Shown: in pieces, positions 15,685 through 24,321 of the stretch
Layout: each line of letters starts with the position of its first letter
Numbering within the stretch: position 1 is the stretch's first letter
Source of the DNA: an uncultured Thermodesulfobacteriota bacterium
Lineage (GTDB): Bacteria > Desulfobacterota > B13-G15
DNA length: 56,365 nucleotides
Direction of reading: 5' to 3'
Assembly: GCA_964525275.1 (NCBI GenBank)
Contig: CAZGDM010000001.1
Coordinates: forward strand, 1-56,365
Notes under the pieces: generated by a model
The model's input: the letters and a program-made list of their open reading frames with translations, nothing else
Databases searched by the model: none
Told to the model about the DNA's origin: nothing
Made by a program: the position numbers and the translations under genes

Positions 15685-17187
15685 ATGGAGCAGTTCCTGA
15701 TAGGTCTCAAGCTCATGCTCACTTGGCACAATGTGATGTTCGCGCTGCTGGGGGTGGCGGTGGGGATCTTCGTCGGTTCCATTCCAGGGCTCACCGTCAC
15801 CATGGCCACCGCCCTCATGGTTCCCCTCACCTTCCAGATGGACCCCATCCCGGCCATCGCCATGCTGCTGGGGGTATATAAAGGCGGGATGTTCGGCGGT
15901 TCCATCTCCGCCATCTTGATAAACGCCCCGGGGACTCCGGCGGCCTCTGCCACCGTGCTCGATGGCTTCCCCATGACCCAGAAGGGCCAGGCGCTCAAAG
16001 CCCTTAAGATGGCCCTTTACGCCTCGGTGACCGCTGACACCCTGAGCGACGTGGTCCTTATCCTTGTGGCCCCACCCCTGGCAAGGCTGGCATTGAAATT
16101 CGGCCCTCCCGAGATCTTCTCGTTGGTGCTTTTTTCCCTGACCATCATCGCGGCGGTATCAGGGCGGTCGCTACTCAAGGGGTTGGTGGCGGCTACTTTG
16201 GGGGTGCTCTTCGCCACGGTGGGGATGGATCCCGTCGCAGGGACCTCACGGTTCACCTTTGGCTATGTAGAGATGTTGAAGGGGATAGGACTTCTGCCCA
16301 TGCTCATAGGGCTCTTCGCCGTCTCCGAGATACTCATCCGGGTGGAGATACCGGTAAAGGAGACTTTGGGCAAATTGCTCTTTAAGGACTCGGACCGCCC
16401 CGAGGACAGGAGGGTCTCGTGGGCGGAGTTCAGGCGGTGTCTGCGTACCATCTTGAGGGGAACGGCTTTGGGGACCTTCCTCGGGGCTATACCGGGGATC
16501 GGTTCCACCATCACCGCCTTTCTCAACTACGGCATGGCGCAACGGGCCTCTAAGCACCCCGAGCGCTTCGGCAAGGGGGAACTCGAGGGGGTGGCCGCTG
16601 CCGAGTCGGGCAACAGCGCTGTCTGCGGGGCCACCCTCATCCCGCTTCTGAGTCTGGGTATTCCCGGGGATATCGTGACGGCGGTGTTGCTCGGGGCCTT
16701 CATGATCCAGGGCATAGCCCCCGGGCCCACCATGTTCCAGGAGCACGGGAGGGTTGTTTATGCGCTGTTTGTGGGTCTAATGGTATGCAACCTCGGGAAC
16801 CTCCTCATCGGCAGCCTCTCCGTGAGGGCGGCCCGTGGAGTGCTCAAGATCCCTCAGCGGGTCCTTTACCCGGCGATCCTGCTGCTGTGCTTCGTCGGAA
16901 CCTACGCCATCGACAACAGCCTCTTCGATGTGCAGGCCATGTTTTTCTTCGGGGTGCTCGGCTACGTTATGAGGAAGTTCGACTACCCTTTAGCGCCGCT
17001 GCTGATCGCCTTCGTCCTCGGGCCGATGCTCGAGAACTCCTTGAGGCAAGCCCTGATCATGTCCGAGGGGCATCCGGCGATATTCGTTTCCAGGCCCATA
17101 TCCCTGGGGTTCCTGGTGTTGACGGCCCTGACCGTGGCCTTCATCACCTTCAAGCTCTTCAAGGGGCGGCTCAAGACGGAGGGTTGA
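15685..17187 (+). CDS. tctA: Tripartite tricarboxylate transporter large permease (TctA)
   Basis: About 500-aa polytopic membrane protein with GSIPGLTVTMATALMVP and GAIPGIGSTITAF motifs. The start was moved to the ATG at 15685, after GAGGAGG. Confidence 0.85.
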   Translation: MEQFLIGLKLMLTWHNVMFALLGVAVGIFVGSIPGLTVTMATALMVPLTFQMDPIPAIAMLLGVYKGGMFGGSISAILINAPGTPAASATVLDGFPMTQKGQALKALKMALYASVTADTLSDVVLILVAPPLARLALKFGPPEIFSLVLFSLTIIAAVSGRSLLKGLVAATLGVLFATVGMDPVAGTSRFTFGYVEMLKGIGLLPMLIGLFAVSEILIRVEIPVKETLGKLLFKDSDRPEDRRVSWAEFRRCLRTILRGTALGTFLGAIPGIGSTITAFLNYGMAQRASKHPERFGKGELEGVAAAESGNSAVCGATLIPLLSLGIPGDIVTAVLLGAFMIQGIAPGPTMFQEHGRVVYALFVGLMVCNLGNLLIGSLSVRAARGVLKIPQRVLYPAILLLCFVGTYAIDNSLFDVQAMFFFGVLGYVMRKFDYPLAPLLIAFVLGPMLENSLRQALIMSEGHPAIFVSRPISLGFLVLTALTVAFITFKLFKGRLKTEG

Positions 17188-17195
17188 GTTTTTTT
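17170..17195 (+). terminator. Weak candidate terminator after tctA
   Basis: A 5-bp stem CTCAA/TTGAG with a 9-nt loop, followed by T7 (17189-17195). The T-run stands out in GC-rich DNA, but the stem is weak. Confidence 0.25.
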
Positions 17196-17237
17196 CGATA
17201 TCCCCTGGGGCCTTTTCTGCTCTTCGATGGATCTCCC

Positions 17238-17266
17238 TTGACAAGGCCCTGTTTTCCCGTGAAAAT
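17238..17266 (+). promoter_or_regulatory. Sigma70-type promoter candidate for the TPR-unknown-fmdB unit
   Basis: TTGACA (17238-17243), 17-nt spacer, GAAAAT (17261-17266). Confidence 0.45.
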
Positions 17267-17287
17267 ACCATCACCCCGGGGGAGTTG

Positions 17288-18097
17288 ATGTTCAAATTCC
17301 TGGAGAAGATCCGCAAGCGCGCCCTTCAGAGGACCCTTCGCAAATACGAGAAGGCCCTCGAGCAGGACCCGGAGGACACCAAGACCAGACTCAGGATGGC
17401 CGATCTTCTGGTCCGCATGGGGGAAAAGGAGCGGGCCATCGAAGAGTACCTCACGGTAGCCGAGTTCTACGAGGCCGACGAACTGTACCCGAAGGCGGTG
17501 GCCCTTTACAAGCGGGTCCTCACCCTTGATCCGCGGGTATACCACGCCCATTTCGCCCTCGCCGATCTTTATGCAAAAAGGGGCCTCTTTGGGGAGGCGA
17601 AAAAGCACCTGAAAAAGCTCGAGGAGTTCTATCCGGAGGACGAAAGGGTTGAGCGGAAACTGGAGGAGATCGAAGCGGAGGAGAAGCTCCGGGCGAAGAA
17701 GGGAGAAGAGGCCGAGGAGGACCGCTTCTGGCAGGAGGTCATGCAGGAACTCGAGAGTCAACTTGAACTCCAGGTCTCAGAGGACGACCACGAAACCCAA
17801 TATCAACTGGGTTTGGCCTTCAAAGAGATGGGGTTGTTGGAGAAGGCCGTGGAGCTGTTTCTAAAAGCTTCTGCGGATCCGGATTTGGAGTTCGATGCCT
17901 ATCTGATGCTGGGGATCTGCCATCGCGAGATGGGGGATTATACTAAAGGGGTGGACTTCCTCAAGAAGGCCATCGAGCGCAAAGGCCTTCCCAAGGAAAA
18001 ATACCGCGAGGCTTACCATCAGCTCGGCCTTTGTTATCAATATCTGGGCAAGAAGGCCGAGGCTGAGCGGGCCTTCGCCAAGGCACAAAAGGGTTGA
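17288..18097 (+). CDS. Tetratricopeptide-repeat protein
   Basis: Repeated TPR-like helical pairs (AIEEYLTVAEFYEADELYPKAVALYKRVLTLDP; AVELFLKASADPD; AYHQLGLCYQYLGKKAEAERAF). ATG at 17288 after GGGGGAG. Confidence 0.7.
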   Translation: MFKFLEKIRKRALQRTLRKYEKALEQDPEDTKTRLRMADLLVRMGEKERAIEEYLTVAEFYEADELYPKAVALYKRVLTLDPRVYHAHFALADLYAKRGLFGEAKKHLKKLEEFYPEDERVERKLEEIEAEEKLRAKKGEEAEEDRFWQEVMQELESQLELQVSEDDHETQYQLGLAFKEMGLLEKAVELFLKASADPDLEFDAYLMLGICHREMGDYTKGVDFLKKAIERKGLPKEKYREAYHQLGLCYQYLGKKAEAERAFAKAQKG

Positions 18098-19068
18098 TGG
18101 AGGCCCTTGCGAGGGACAGGAGTCAGTGGCTTGTCGTGGAGCTGCTGAGGGATTTTCTCCAGGTTTGGCTCCACTTCCAGGAGATCTACCGGAAATATCG
18201 ACGAGGGGTGCTGACCTTCGAGGAGATGGCATCCTTCATCGACGACAAGGACCCCCACCTGCCGCTGTTTCGCCTGAAGGAGATCTCCCATAAGCTCTTC
18301 AGGCACTCTGAGGGGGACCATCCGGGAGAGGGGCGGCTGTTCGATCTGGCCGTGGGATCGATCTTTCACGAGGCGATGAAGGCGAGGGAGAACCTCTATC
18401 AGCTACAGGTATATCGACCCTACTACCAGGAGCTGCGGAGGCGGAAGGCCTCCTCTGCCTATGAGCAGAGGCTGCATGCGGAGTTCAGCAAGATAGGGCG
18501 CCGGGCCGAGAGGGGATTGAGAGAGGGGTTGTTGGAGACGAGGAGGCTCTTCAAGGACACTTTAGAGCAGATCAGGGCCTTCCTCGTGAGGTGCTGGCGA
18601 GACAATCCACTACTGGTCCGCTTCATCCTGAGGAACGAGGATCTATTACGTCGCGCCTATGGGCGGGGCGGCTTTGAAGCCTTGGTGGCGGAGGCCTTCC
18701 CCGAGGGGCTTCCGGCCGCCCTCAAGGAAGGGGCCATGAGCTTTATGAGGGGGGAGCACTTCTCCGAGGCGGAGAGGCTCTTCAGTCGTTACCTTCGCCA
18801 CCGTCCCGAGGACTTAGAAGTTCACTTCCTCCGCCTTTATTGCCGAGGTTTCGATGCTTATCTTCGCAACAGATTTGGGGCGAGTTTGAGGGCCTTCGGC
18901 CGCGCCGTGGAGATAGCCCGTGGCATCAAGGACGGGGTGAAGGGCTACTTGGAGAGGATAGCTGAGGCCGTCTCTCGTATGGGGAGGGAGTTGCAAGAAG
19001 AGGGACGGCGCAGACAAGCATCAAGGGCTTTGAAGCTCGCCGAGGAGTGTAGGCTCCTCTGCCTGTGA
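18097..19068 (+). CDS. Hypothetical all-helical protein
   Basis: Coding-like ORF whose ATG at 18097 overlaps the upstream TGA by 1 nt (TGATG), implying translational coupling. No family recognised. Confidence 0.55.
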   Translation: MEALARDRSQWLVVELLRDFLQVWLHFQEIYRKYRRGVLTFEEMASFIDDKDPHLPLFRLKEISHKLFRHSEGDHPGEGRLFDLAVGSIFHEAMKARENLYQLQVYRPYYQELRRRKASSAYEQRLHAEFSKIGRRAERGLREGLLETRRLFKDTLEQIRAFLVRCWRDNPLLVRFILRNEDLLRRAYGRGGFEALVAEAFPEGLPAALKEGAMSFMRGEHFSEAERLFSRYLRHRPEDLEVHFLRLYCRGFDAYLRNRFGASLRAFGRAVEIARGIKDGVKGYLERIAEAVSRMGRELQEEGRRRQASRALKLAEECRLLCL

Positions 19069-19081
19069 AGGGATCGGACAA

Positions 19082-19303
19082 ATGCCCATCTACGAATTCA
19101 GATGTGAGGACTGTGGCGAAGAGTTTGAGACCCTCGTGCTCTCCTCGAAGGAGGAAGTTCGCTGTCCCCAGTGTCGAGGGGAGAAGGTGAAGAGGCTGAT
19201 GTCCGTTTGTGCCTCCTCCACGGACGAGGGGTTTCGCTCCACCGGCTCGGGGAGTTGTAGCGGCTGTACCGCCACGAGTTGCGCTGGTTGTACCAAGGCC
19301 TAA
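19082..19303 (+). CDS. FmdB-family zinc-ribbon protein with a Cys/Ser/Gly-rich tail
   Basis: MPIYEFRCEDCGEEFE...CPQCRG is the CxxC..CxxC zinc-ribbon signature. The C-terminal tail is GSGSCSGCTATSCAGCTKA. Confidence 0.8.
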   Translation: MPIYEFRCEDCGEEFETLVLSSKEEVRCPQCRGEKVKRLMSVCASSTDEGFRSTGSGSCSGCTATSCAGCTKA

Positions 19304-20223
19304 AGGGAAGCCAAAAAGGCCTTCCGTCTGTACTTTTCCGCGAGGGAAGGGTCCTTCTTCAAGGCATCCATTACATCCTTTATCTCTTCCAACATACGGT
19401 CTTTTTCTTCGGGGAGCTGGCCCTCTATGGACAGATAGTTGGAGATGTGGTCGCTCAGAAAGAGCGAGGAGACCTCCAATCCCTCAATCAACTCAAACTC
19501 TTCCTCGAGGATCTCCTGGGGCTCGGGAAGCTTGAAGTCCCCTCGCTGCCACTGCTCATAGAGGGGGGTTCCCCGCCGGGGGGAGAGGGTGCGGATGCGG
19601 ATGAAATGGGGGTCTATCCGGTTGAGGACCTCGGCGGTTTTTTTTGCGTGTTGTTTTGAGCGGTCCCTGCCCCCGAGGCCGAGGATCACGTATAGCGACA
19701 GCTCAAACCCCGCCTCCTTCGCCTTAAACCCTGCCTCTACCACCTCCTCCGGCCTCACGCCCTTTCTGACCCTTTCCAGCACCACGGGATCCCCCGACTC
19801 CAGGCCTACGTGGAGCCTGGTGAGGCCCGCAGAGCGGAGGGCCCGCAAGTCATCGAGGCTTCGCCTCCTTAAGGTCTTGGCCCTGGCATAGGTGGTGACC
19901 CGTTCGAGGCGGGGGAAGGCCTCATAGAGGGCTTCGAGCACCTTCAGCATCAAATCCGGCTTCACCACCAGGCTGTCCGAATCCCCGATGAAGACCCAGC
20001 GGACCTCAGAGCCGTACCACTCCCTTGCGGATTCGATATCTGCGAGGATCTCCTCGAGCGGCCGGACTTCAAAGCGCAGGGCCTTGTACATCTCGCAGAA
20101 AGTACACTTGTTCCAAGGACATCCCCGTGTAACCCTTAACAGGAGGCTCCACGCTTCGCTTGGCGGGCGGTAAGGGGGGAAATCGTAACCGCGGGTCTTG
20201 AGCCTTAACCTCCCTATGGCCAT
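19300..20223 (-). CDS. Radical SAM protein (paralog 1), CX4CX2C cluster motif
   Basis: RPPSEAWSLLLRVTRGCPWNKCTFC (Cys codons within 20095-20121), plus GLTRLHVGLESG and LGLGG motifs of the radical SAM TIM barrel. The protein contains only three Cys in total. Confidence 0.8.
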   Translation of the reverse strand: MAIGRLRLKTRGYDFPPYRPPSEAWSLLLRVTRGCPWNKCTFCEMYKALRFEVRPLEEILADIESAREWYGSEVRWVFIGDSDSLVVKPDLMLKVLEALYEAFPRLERVTTYARAKTLRRRSLDDLRALRSAGLTRLHVGLESGDPVVLERVRKGVRPEEVVEAGFKAKEAGFELSLYVILGLGGRDRSKQHAKKTAEVLNRIDPHFIRIRTLSPRRGTPLYEQWQRGDFKLPEPQEILEEEFELIEGLEVSSLFLSDHISNYLSIEGQLPEEKDRMLEEIKDVMDALKKDPSLAEKYRRKAFLASL

Positions 20224-21371
20224 CAGAGGAAGGCCTCCTTCATCTTGAAGATGGCCTTCTCAACGCCTTCGGGGTACTCCTGCTCTATCCGGTGCTTCAA
20301 TGCCTCCACCTGACCCCAGAGGGCGGGGTCCTTCATGTCGTCCAGACGCTCGTAGATGCCTGCACGGCGGCCGAGGCAGAAGTTGAGCTTTTCCTCCTTG
20401 CTCATGGATAGGAACCGGTCTATGATGCCGAGCAATTTCGGCTTCTCCTCAGGGAGCTTCCCCTCCAGTTCCCCCAATAGATTCAGGATGTGGTCGCTCA
20501 CGAAATAACTTTTGGCCTCAAGTTCCTCTATCAGGAGCCGCTCCTCTACGATCATCTCCTCCTCGCTCTGAAGCTCAAACTCCCCCTTCTCGATCTTCTC
20601 CCACAGGGGCATCTGGGGCAGTACCATGAGGGTGCGGATGCGGATGAAATGGGGGTTTATCTGGTTCAAGACCTTGGCGGTTTCTCTGGCGTGCTCCTTC
20701 CACCAGCGCCTGCCTCCGAGGCCCAGGATCACGTACTCCGAGAGCTCGATCCCCGAGGCCATGATCTTCTGTCCGGCCTCGATGTGCTGGGAGGCCGTTA
20801 CCCCCTTCTTCATGTAATCGAGGAGAAAGTCCCAACCCGACTCAAGCCCGAGATGGAGTCTGGTGAGGCCTGCGGAGCGGAGTTCTTTGAGGTCCTCGAC
20901 GGTCTTGGTGCGGGCGATGGTGCGGCTTCGGGCGTAGCTGGTTATACGCTCCACCTGGGGGAATTTCTCCTTGAGGAACCTAAGGATGGAAGAGAGCTCT
21001 TCCGTCCGAAGCACCAGGGAGTTGGCATCCTGAAGGAACACGTTCCTTCCGCCCAGGTGAAGCCACAGAGCCACCATGCGGAAGCACTCGTTGTAGGGGT
21101 GGCTGAAGACGTGCTGCAGCACCTCCCTCGATATGTCTCCCCCTGATCCCAAACGCCAGGAGAGGGCCTTCAGCTCCTGGGCGATCTCGTAGGCCGCGGA
21201 GATGTCGGCCTTGACCTCCTCAACGGGACGGCGCTCAAAACGGCGTCCCTTGTAGATGTGACAGAAGAGGCATTTGTTCCAAGGGCAGTTCCTCGTAACC
21301 CGTAAAAGGAGGCTATAGGCCTCGCTGGGGGGCCTGATGGGACCTATCTCAAAAGAGAGCTCTCGCCTCAT
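20223..21371 (-). CDS. Radical SAM protein (paralog 2), CX4CX2C cluster motif
   Basis: IRPPSEAYSLLLRVTRNCPWNKCLFC (21261-21287) and GLTRLHLGLESG. Its stop overlaps the start of paralog 1 by 1 nt. Confidence 0.8.
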   Translation of the reverse strand: MRRELSFEIGPIRPPSEAYSLLLRVTRNCPWNKCLFCHIYKGRRFERRPVEEVKADISAAYEIAQELKALSWRLGSGGDISREVLQHVFSHPYNECFRMVALWLHLGGRNVFLQDANSLVLRTEELSSILRFLKEKFPQVERITSYARSRTIARTKTVEDLKELRSAGLTRLHLGLESGWDFLLDYMKKGVTASQHIEAGQKIMASGIELSEYVILGLGGRRWWKEHARETAKVLNQINPHFIRIRTLMVLPQMPLWEKIEKGEFELQSEEEMIVEERLLIEELEAKSYFVSDHILNLLGELEGKLPEEKPKLLGIIDRFLSMSKEEKLNFCLGRRAGIYERLDDMKDPALWGQVEALKHRIEQEYPEGVEKAIFKMKEAFL

Positions 21372-21397
21372 GGCCTAAGGATAAGGCTTCCATGGAC

Positions 21398-22402
21398 TCA
21401 TTTCAATCTGCGCTTCTGATAACGCCATACGGCCCAATTGTGCTCGGAGATGGTCCGGGAGAAGTGGTGGGTACCGTCGTTGCGGGAGACGAAATAGAGG
21501 TAATCAACCTGAGCCGGGTAAAGGGCAGCCAGGATCGACTCCCGCCCCGGATTGCATATGGGGGTCGGAGGGAGACCGCGAAATAGATAGGTGTTGTAAG
21601 AGGTTGGACGGCGTAAGTCCTCCTTGGTGAGGTTGCCATTGAAGTCTTTCAGGCCGTAGATCACCGTCGGGTCGCTGCATAGGGGCATGCCCCGCTTCAA
21701 GCGGTTGTAAAAGACCGCGGCTATCAAAGGGCGTTCTTCATGGACAGCCGTCTCCTTCTCGACGATGGAGGCCAAGATCAGGACCTGGTAGTCGTCGAGG
21801 CCCAGTTCCCTGGCCCTCTGCGAAAAGGTGGGCTTCCACACCCTGCGGAAGTTATCCACCATGGCCTGGATTACCTCCTGGGGCTTGAGCCCTTCGGAGA
21901 AAAAATAGGTGTCGGGGAAGAGGTACCCTTCAAGGCTCGGTGCCTCGATGCCGAGGCTCTGGATGAAGGCATGATCCTGACACAGGGTGGTGAAATCTCC
22001 GACGGAGGCGATGACGCCCTGATGCTTGAGGATACGGGCGATCTCCGTAAAGGTAAGGCCTTCAGGGATCGTGACCTTTTTCAGCATCACCTCTCCGCGA
22101 ACGAGGCGGTCCATTATCTCCAAAGGGGGTAGGGAAGGGGTGAGCTTGTATCTGCCCGCCTTCACCTTCTGGTCTTTGCCCGTCACCTCCCCGTAAAGGG
22201 AGAAGACAAGGGGATGCCGTAAGAGGCCGCGGGAGGTGAGGATCTCTACCACCTCCCTGAAGTTGGCTCCACGGGGGATGGAGATTTCCCGCTCTGGGCT
22301 TTCCTTGGAAGCCGGTAGGGAAAGGAAGAGGAGGAGCTGAAGGGCCGCAATCACCAAAATGGTGAAGGCGACGACCAGCCCTTTAAGGAAGATCCTTCCC
22401 AC
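21398..22402 (-). CDS. mltG: Endolytic murein transglycosylase MltG (YceG-like)
   Basis: N-terminal TM helix, then PEGLTFTEIARIL, ASIVEKET and NTYLFRGLPPTPICNPG motifs. Confidence 0.85.
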   Translation of the reverse strand: MGRIFLKGLVVAFTILVIAALQLLLFLSLPASKESPEREISIPRGANFREVVEILTSRGLLRHPLVFSLYGEVTGKDQKVKAGRYKLTPSLPPLEIMDRLVRGEVMLKKVTIPEGLTFTEIARILKHQGVIASVGDFTTLCQDHAFIQSLGIEAPSLEGYLFPDTYFFSEGLKPQEVIQAMVDNFRRVWKPTFSQRARELGLDDYQVLILASIVEKETAVHEERPLIAAVFYNRLKRGMPLCSDPTVIYGLKDFNGNLTKEDLRRPTSYNTYLFRGLPPTPICNPGRESILAALYPAQVDYLYFVSRNDGTHHFSRTISEHNWAVWRYQKRRLK

Positions 22403-22811
22403 GACCCCTTCCCCTGTGGTCGAGGTATCCCTGGAGGATGATGGCTGCTGCCACCTTGTCCCTCACTTTCTTACGCTTTCGGCGGCTCTGATCCGCCTGA
22501 AGGAGCAATCTCTCCGCCTCAGCGGTCGAGAGGCGTTCATCCCAGAACTTCACGGGTAATCTCAGCCGTCTCTTGAGCTCTTCACCGAAGGCCAGGACCT
22601 TTTCCGCCTGAGGGCCGAGGGTTCCATCCATCCTCTTGGGAAGTCCCACCACCACTTCCGTCACCTGATATTTCTCGGCTATCTCGGCGAGCTCGTCGAA
22701 GAGCCCCTCTTTCCTCTCTATTACCCTAAAGCCCTGGGCCGTGATCCCCAGTTCGTCGCTGAGGGCGACGCCTACCCGCCGCTCCCCTACGTCGAGCCCC
22801 ATGACCCTCAA
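22383..22811 (-). CDS. ruvX: Putative pre-16S rRNA nuclease / Holliday junction resolvase-like protein RuvX (YqgF)
   Basis: MRVMGLDVGERRVGVALSD N-terminus. 142 aa. Confidence 0.85.
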   Translation of the reverse strand: MRVMGLDVGERRVGVALSDELGITAQGFRVIERKEGLFDELAEIAEKYQVTEVVVGLPKRMDGTLGPQAEKVLAFGEELKRRLRLPVKFWDERLSTAEAERLLLQADQSRRKRKKVRDKVAAAIILQGYLDHRGRGRGKDLP

Positions 22812-23293
22812 ATTATCCCCTCGAAATGCTTCCTAAAACGTTCGGTGAGTTCGAAGTAACGACCGGTGATGGCCTCAAGCAGATACCGCCTCAGACGCCT
22901 CAGGTACCTTACGGCGCTTTCCACCTCCTCACGATCGTCGAGCAACTCCGTGTCCGCCTCCTTGAGGACAACCCCTCCGGGTTCGACCGGCGGTAGGGGT
23001 TTCTGTTCTCGGGCCAGTTCCGCATAGCGTTCCAAGACCTCTATCGGTCCAAAGAATGGGGTCCATTCCCCCGCCTGCTTTATCATCCTCCCTATGGCCC
23101 GTACCTCCCCCTCTTCGGAGCGAGGGAATCCCTCCAGCTCCCGTTCGATGCGATGCTGAAGGCGTTCGTCGTCCCGGAGGAAGTCGAACCTCCTCATCCT
23201 GCGCAGGATGAAGGAAAGGGGGACCTCTTCGTCCTGGAGCTCTTTGAGGAGCTGGGCACTGAAGAGGAGCTCCTGCCGGTATGGGTCCTTCAT
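22808..23293 (-). CDS. Hypothetical protein
   Basis: Coding-like ORF with a 4-nt overlap onto ruvX. No family recognised. Confidence 0.5.
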   Translation of the reverse strand: MKDPYRQELLFSAQLLKELQDEEVPLSFILRRMRRFDFLRDDERLQHRIERELEGFPRSEEGEVRAIGRMIKQAGEWTPFFGPIEVLERYAELAREQKPLPPVEPGGVVLKEADTELLDDREEVESAVRYLRRLRRYLLEAITGRYFELTERFRKHFEGII

Positions 23294-23344
23294 TGCTCCA
23301 GGGAATTATAGCTCCTTTTGGCCCCTTAGGTCACGGCGCTTGCC

Positions 23345-23374
23345 TTGAGTCCCTTGCCAACCCCGTGGTATGTT
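23345..23374 (+). promoter_or_regulatory. Promoter candidate for ybaB-recR (extended -10)
   Basis: TTGAGT (23345-23350), 18-nt spacer, TGG-TATGTT (-10 at 23369-23374). Confidence 0.35.
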
Positions 23375-23401
23375 GCAGGGAGAAAAGAAGGGAGGGACAG
23401 C

Positions 23402-23713
23402 GTGAAGGGGTTAGTCGATTTGATGAAACAGGCCCAGAAGATTAAGGCCAAGATGGAAGAGCTGCAGGAGGAGATGGCCTCTAAAACCATAGAGGCCTCG
23501 TCTGGTGGAGGTATGGTAAGGGTGGTGATGAACGGCAGACAGGAGCTCCTGTCCCTGCATATAGATCCGGAGGTGGTGGACCCAGAGGACCTGGAGATGC
23601 TTCAGGACCTAATCGTGGCCGCGGTCAACGAGGGGATCAGGCGCTCGCAGCAACTGTGGGCCGAAGAATTGAAGAAGCTCACCGGAGGCCTTCCCATCCC
23701 CGGTATCATCTAG
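23402..23713 (+). CDS. ybaB: Nucleoid-associated protein YbaB/EbfC
   Basis: MKQAQKIKAKMEELQEE...GGGMVRVVMNGRQELLSLHIDPEVV is typical of the family. GTG at 23402 lies 5 nt after GGAGGG. Alternative ATG at 23423. Confidence 0.8.
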   Translation: MKGLVDLMKQAQKIKAKMEELQEEMASKTIEASSGGGMVRVVMNGRQELLSLHIDPEVVDPEDLEMLQDLIVAAVNEGIRRSQQLWAEELKKLTGGLPIPGII

Positions 23714-23717
23714 GGCG

Positions 23718-24317
23718 ATGACCACCTATCCCCCTGCACTGGAAGCGCTCATCGAGGCTTTCACCAAGTTCCCCGGGGTGGGTCGTAGGACGGCTTCGCG
23801 TTTTGCCTTCCACCTTCTCAGGGCTCCGAGGGAGGAGGTAGAGGCCCTGGGAAAGGCCGTCTTACGGTTGCGAGAGCGGGTCAAACTGTGCCGAAGGTGT
23901 TTCAACCTTTCCGAGGGCGAATTGTGCGCTATATGTTCTGACCCCCGCCGCGACGCAGGTATCCTTTGTGTGGTGGAGGAGGTCCACGATCTGGTGGCGA
24001 TAGAGGCCACTGGGGCATACCGGGGACTCTACCATGTGCTGCACGGTTCCCTTTCCCCCCTCGAAGGGATAGGTCCAGGGGGGATCAAGGTGAAGGAGCT
24101 CATCGAGAGGGTCAAGAAGGAGCGTCCTCGGGAGGTGATCGTGGCCACTGACCCCGATGTGGAAGGGGAGGCCACAGCGCTCTATCTTTTGAAAGTCCTC
24201 AAGCCTTTGGGGGTGAGGCTTACACGGATCGCCCAAGGGCTTCCCGCCGGTAGCGAGATAGAGTACGCCGATCCGAAGACCTTGAGCCGTTCCTTGGAGG
24301 GCAGAAGGGAGCTTTGA
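23718..24317 (+). CDS. recR: Recombination protein RecR
   Basis: HhH N-terminus (FTKFPGVGRRTASR), C4 zinc finger CRRCFNLSEGELCAIC, and a Toprim region. Confidence 0.9.
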   Translation: MTTYPPALEALIEAFTKFPGVGRRTASRFAFHLLRAPREEVEALGKAVLRLRERVKLCRRCFNLSEGELCAICSDPRRDAGILCVVEEVHDLVAIEATGAYRGLYHVLHGSLSPLEGIGPGGIKVKELIERVKKERPREVIVATDPDVEGEATALYLLKVLKPLGVRLTRIAQGLPAGSEIEYADPKTLSRSLEGRREL

Positions 24318-24321
24318 AGGT

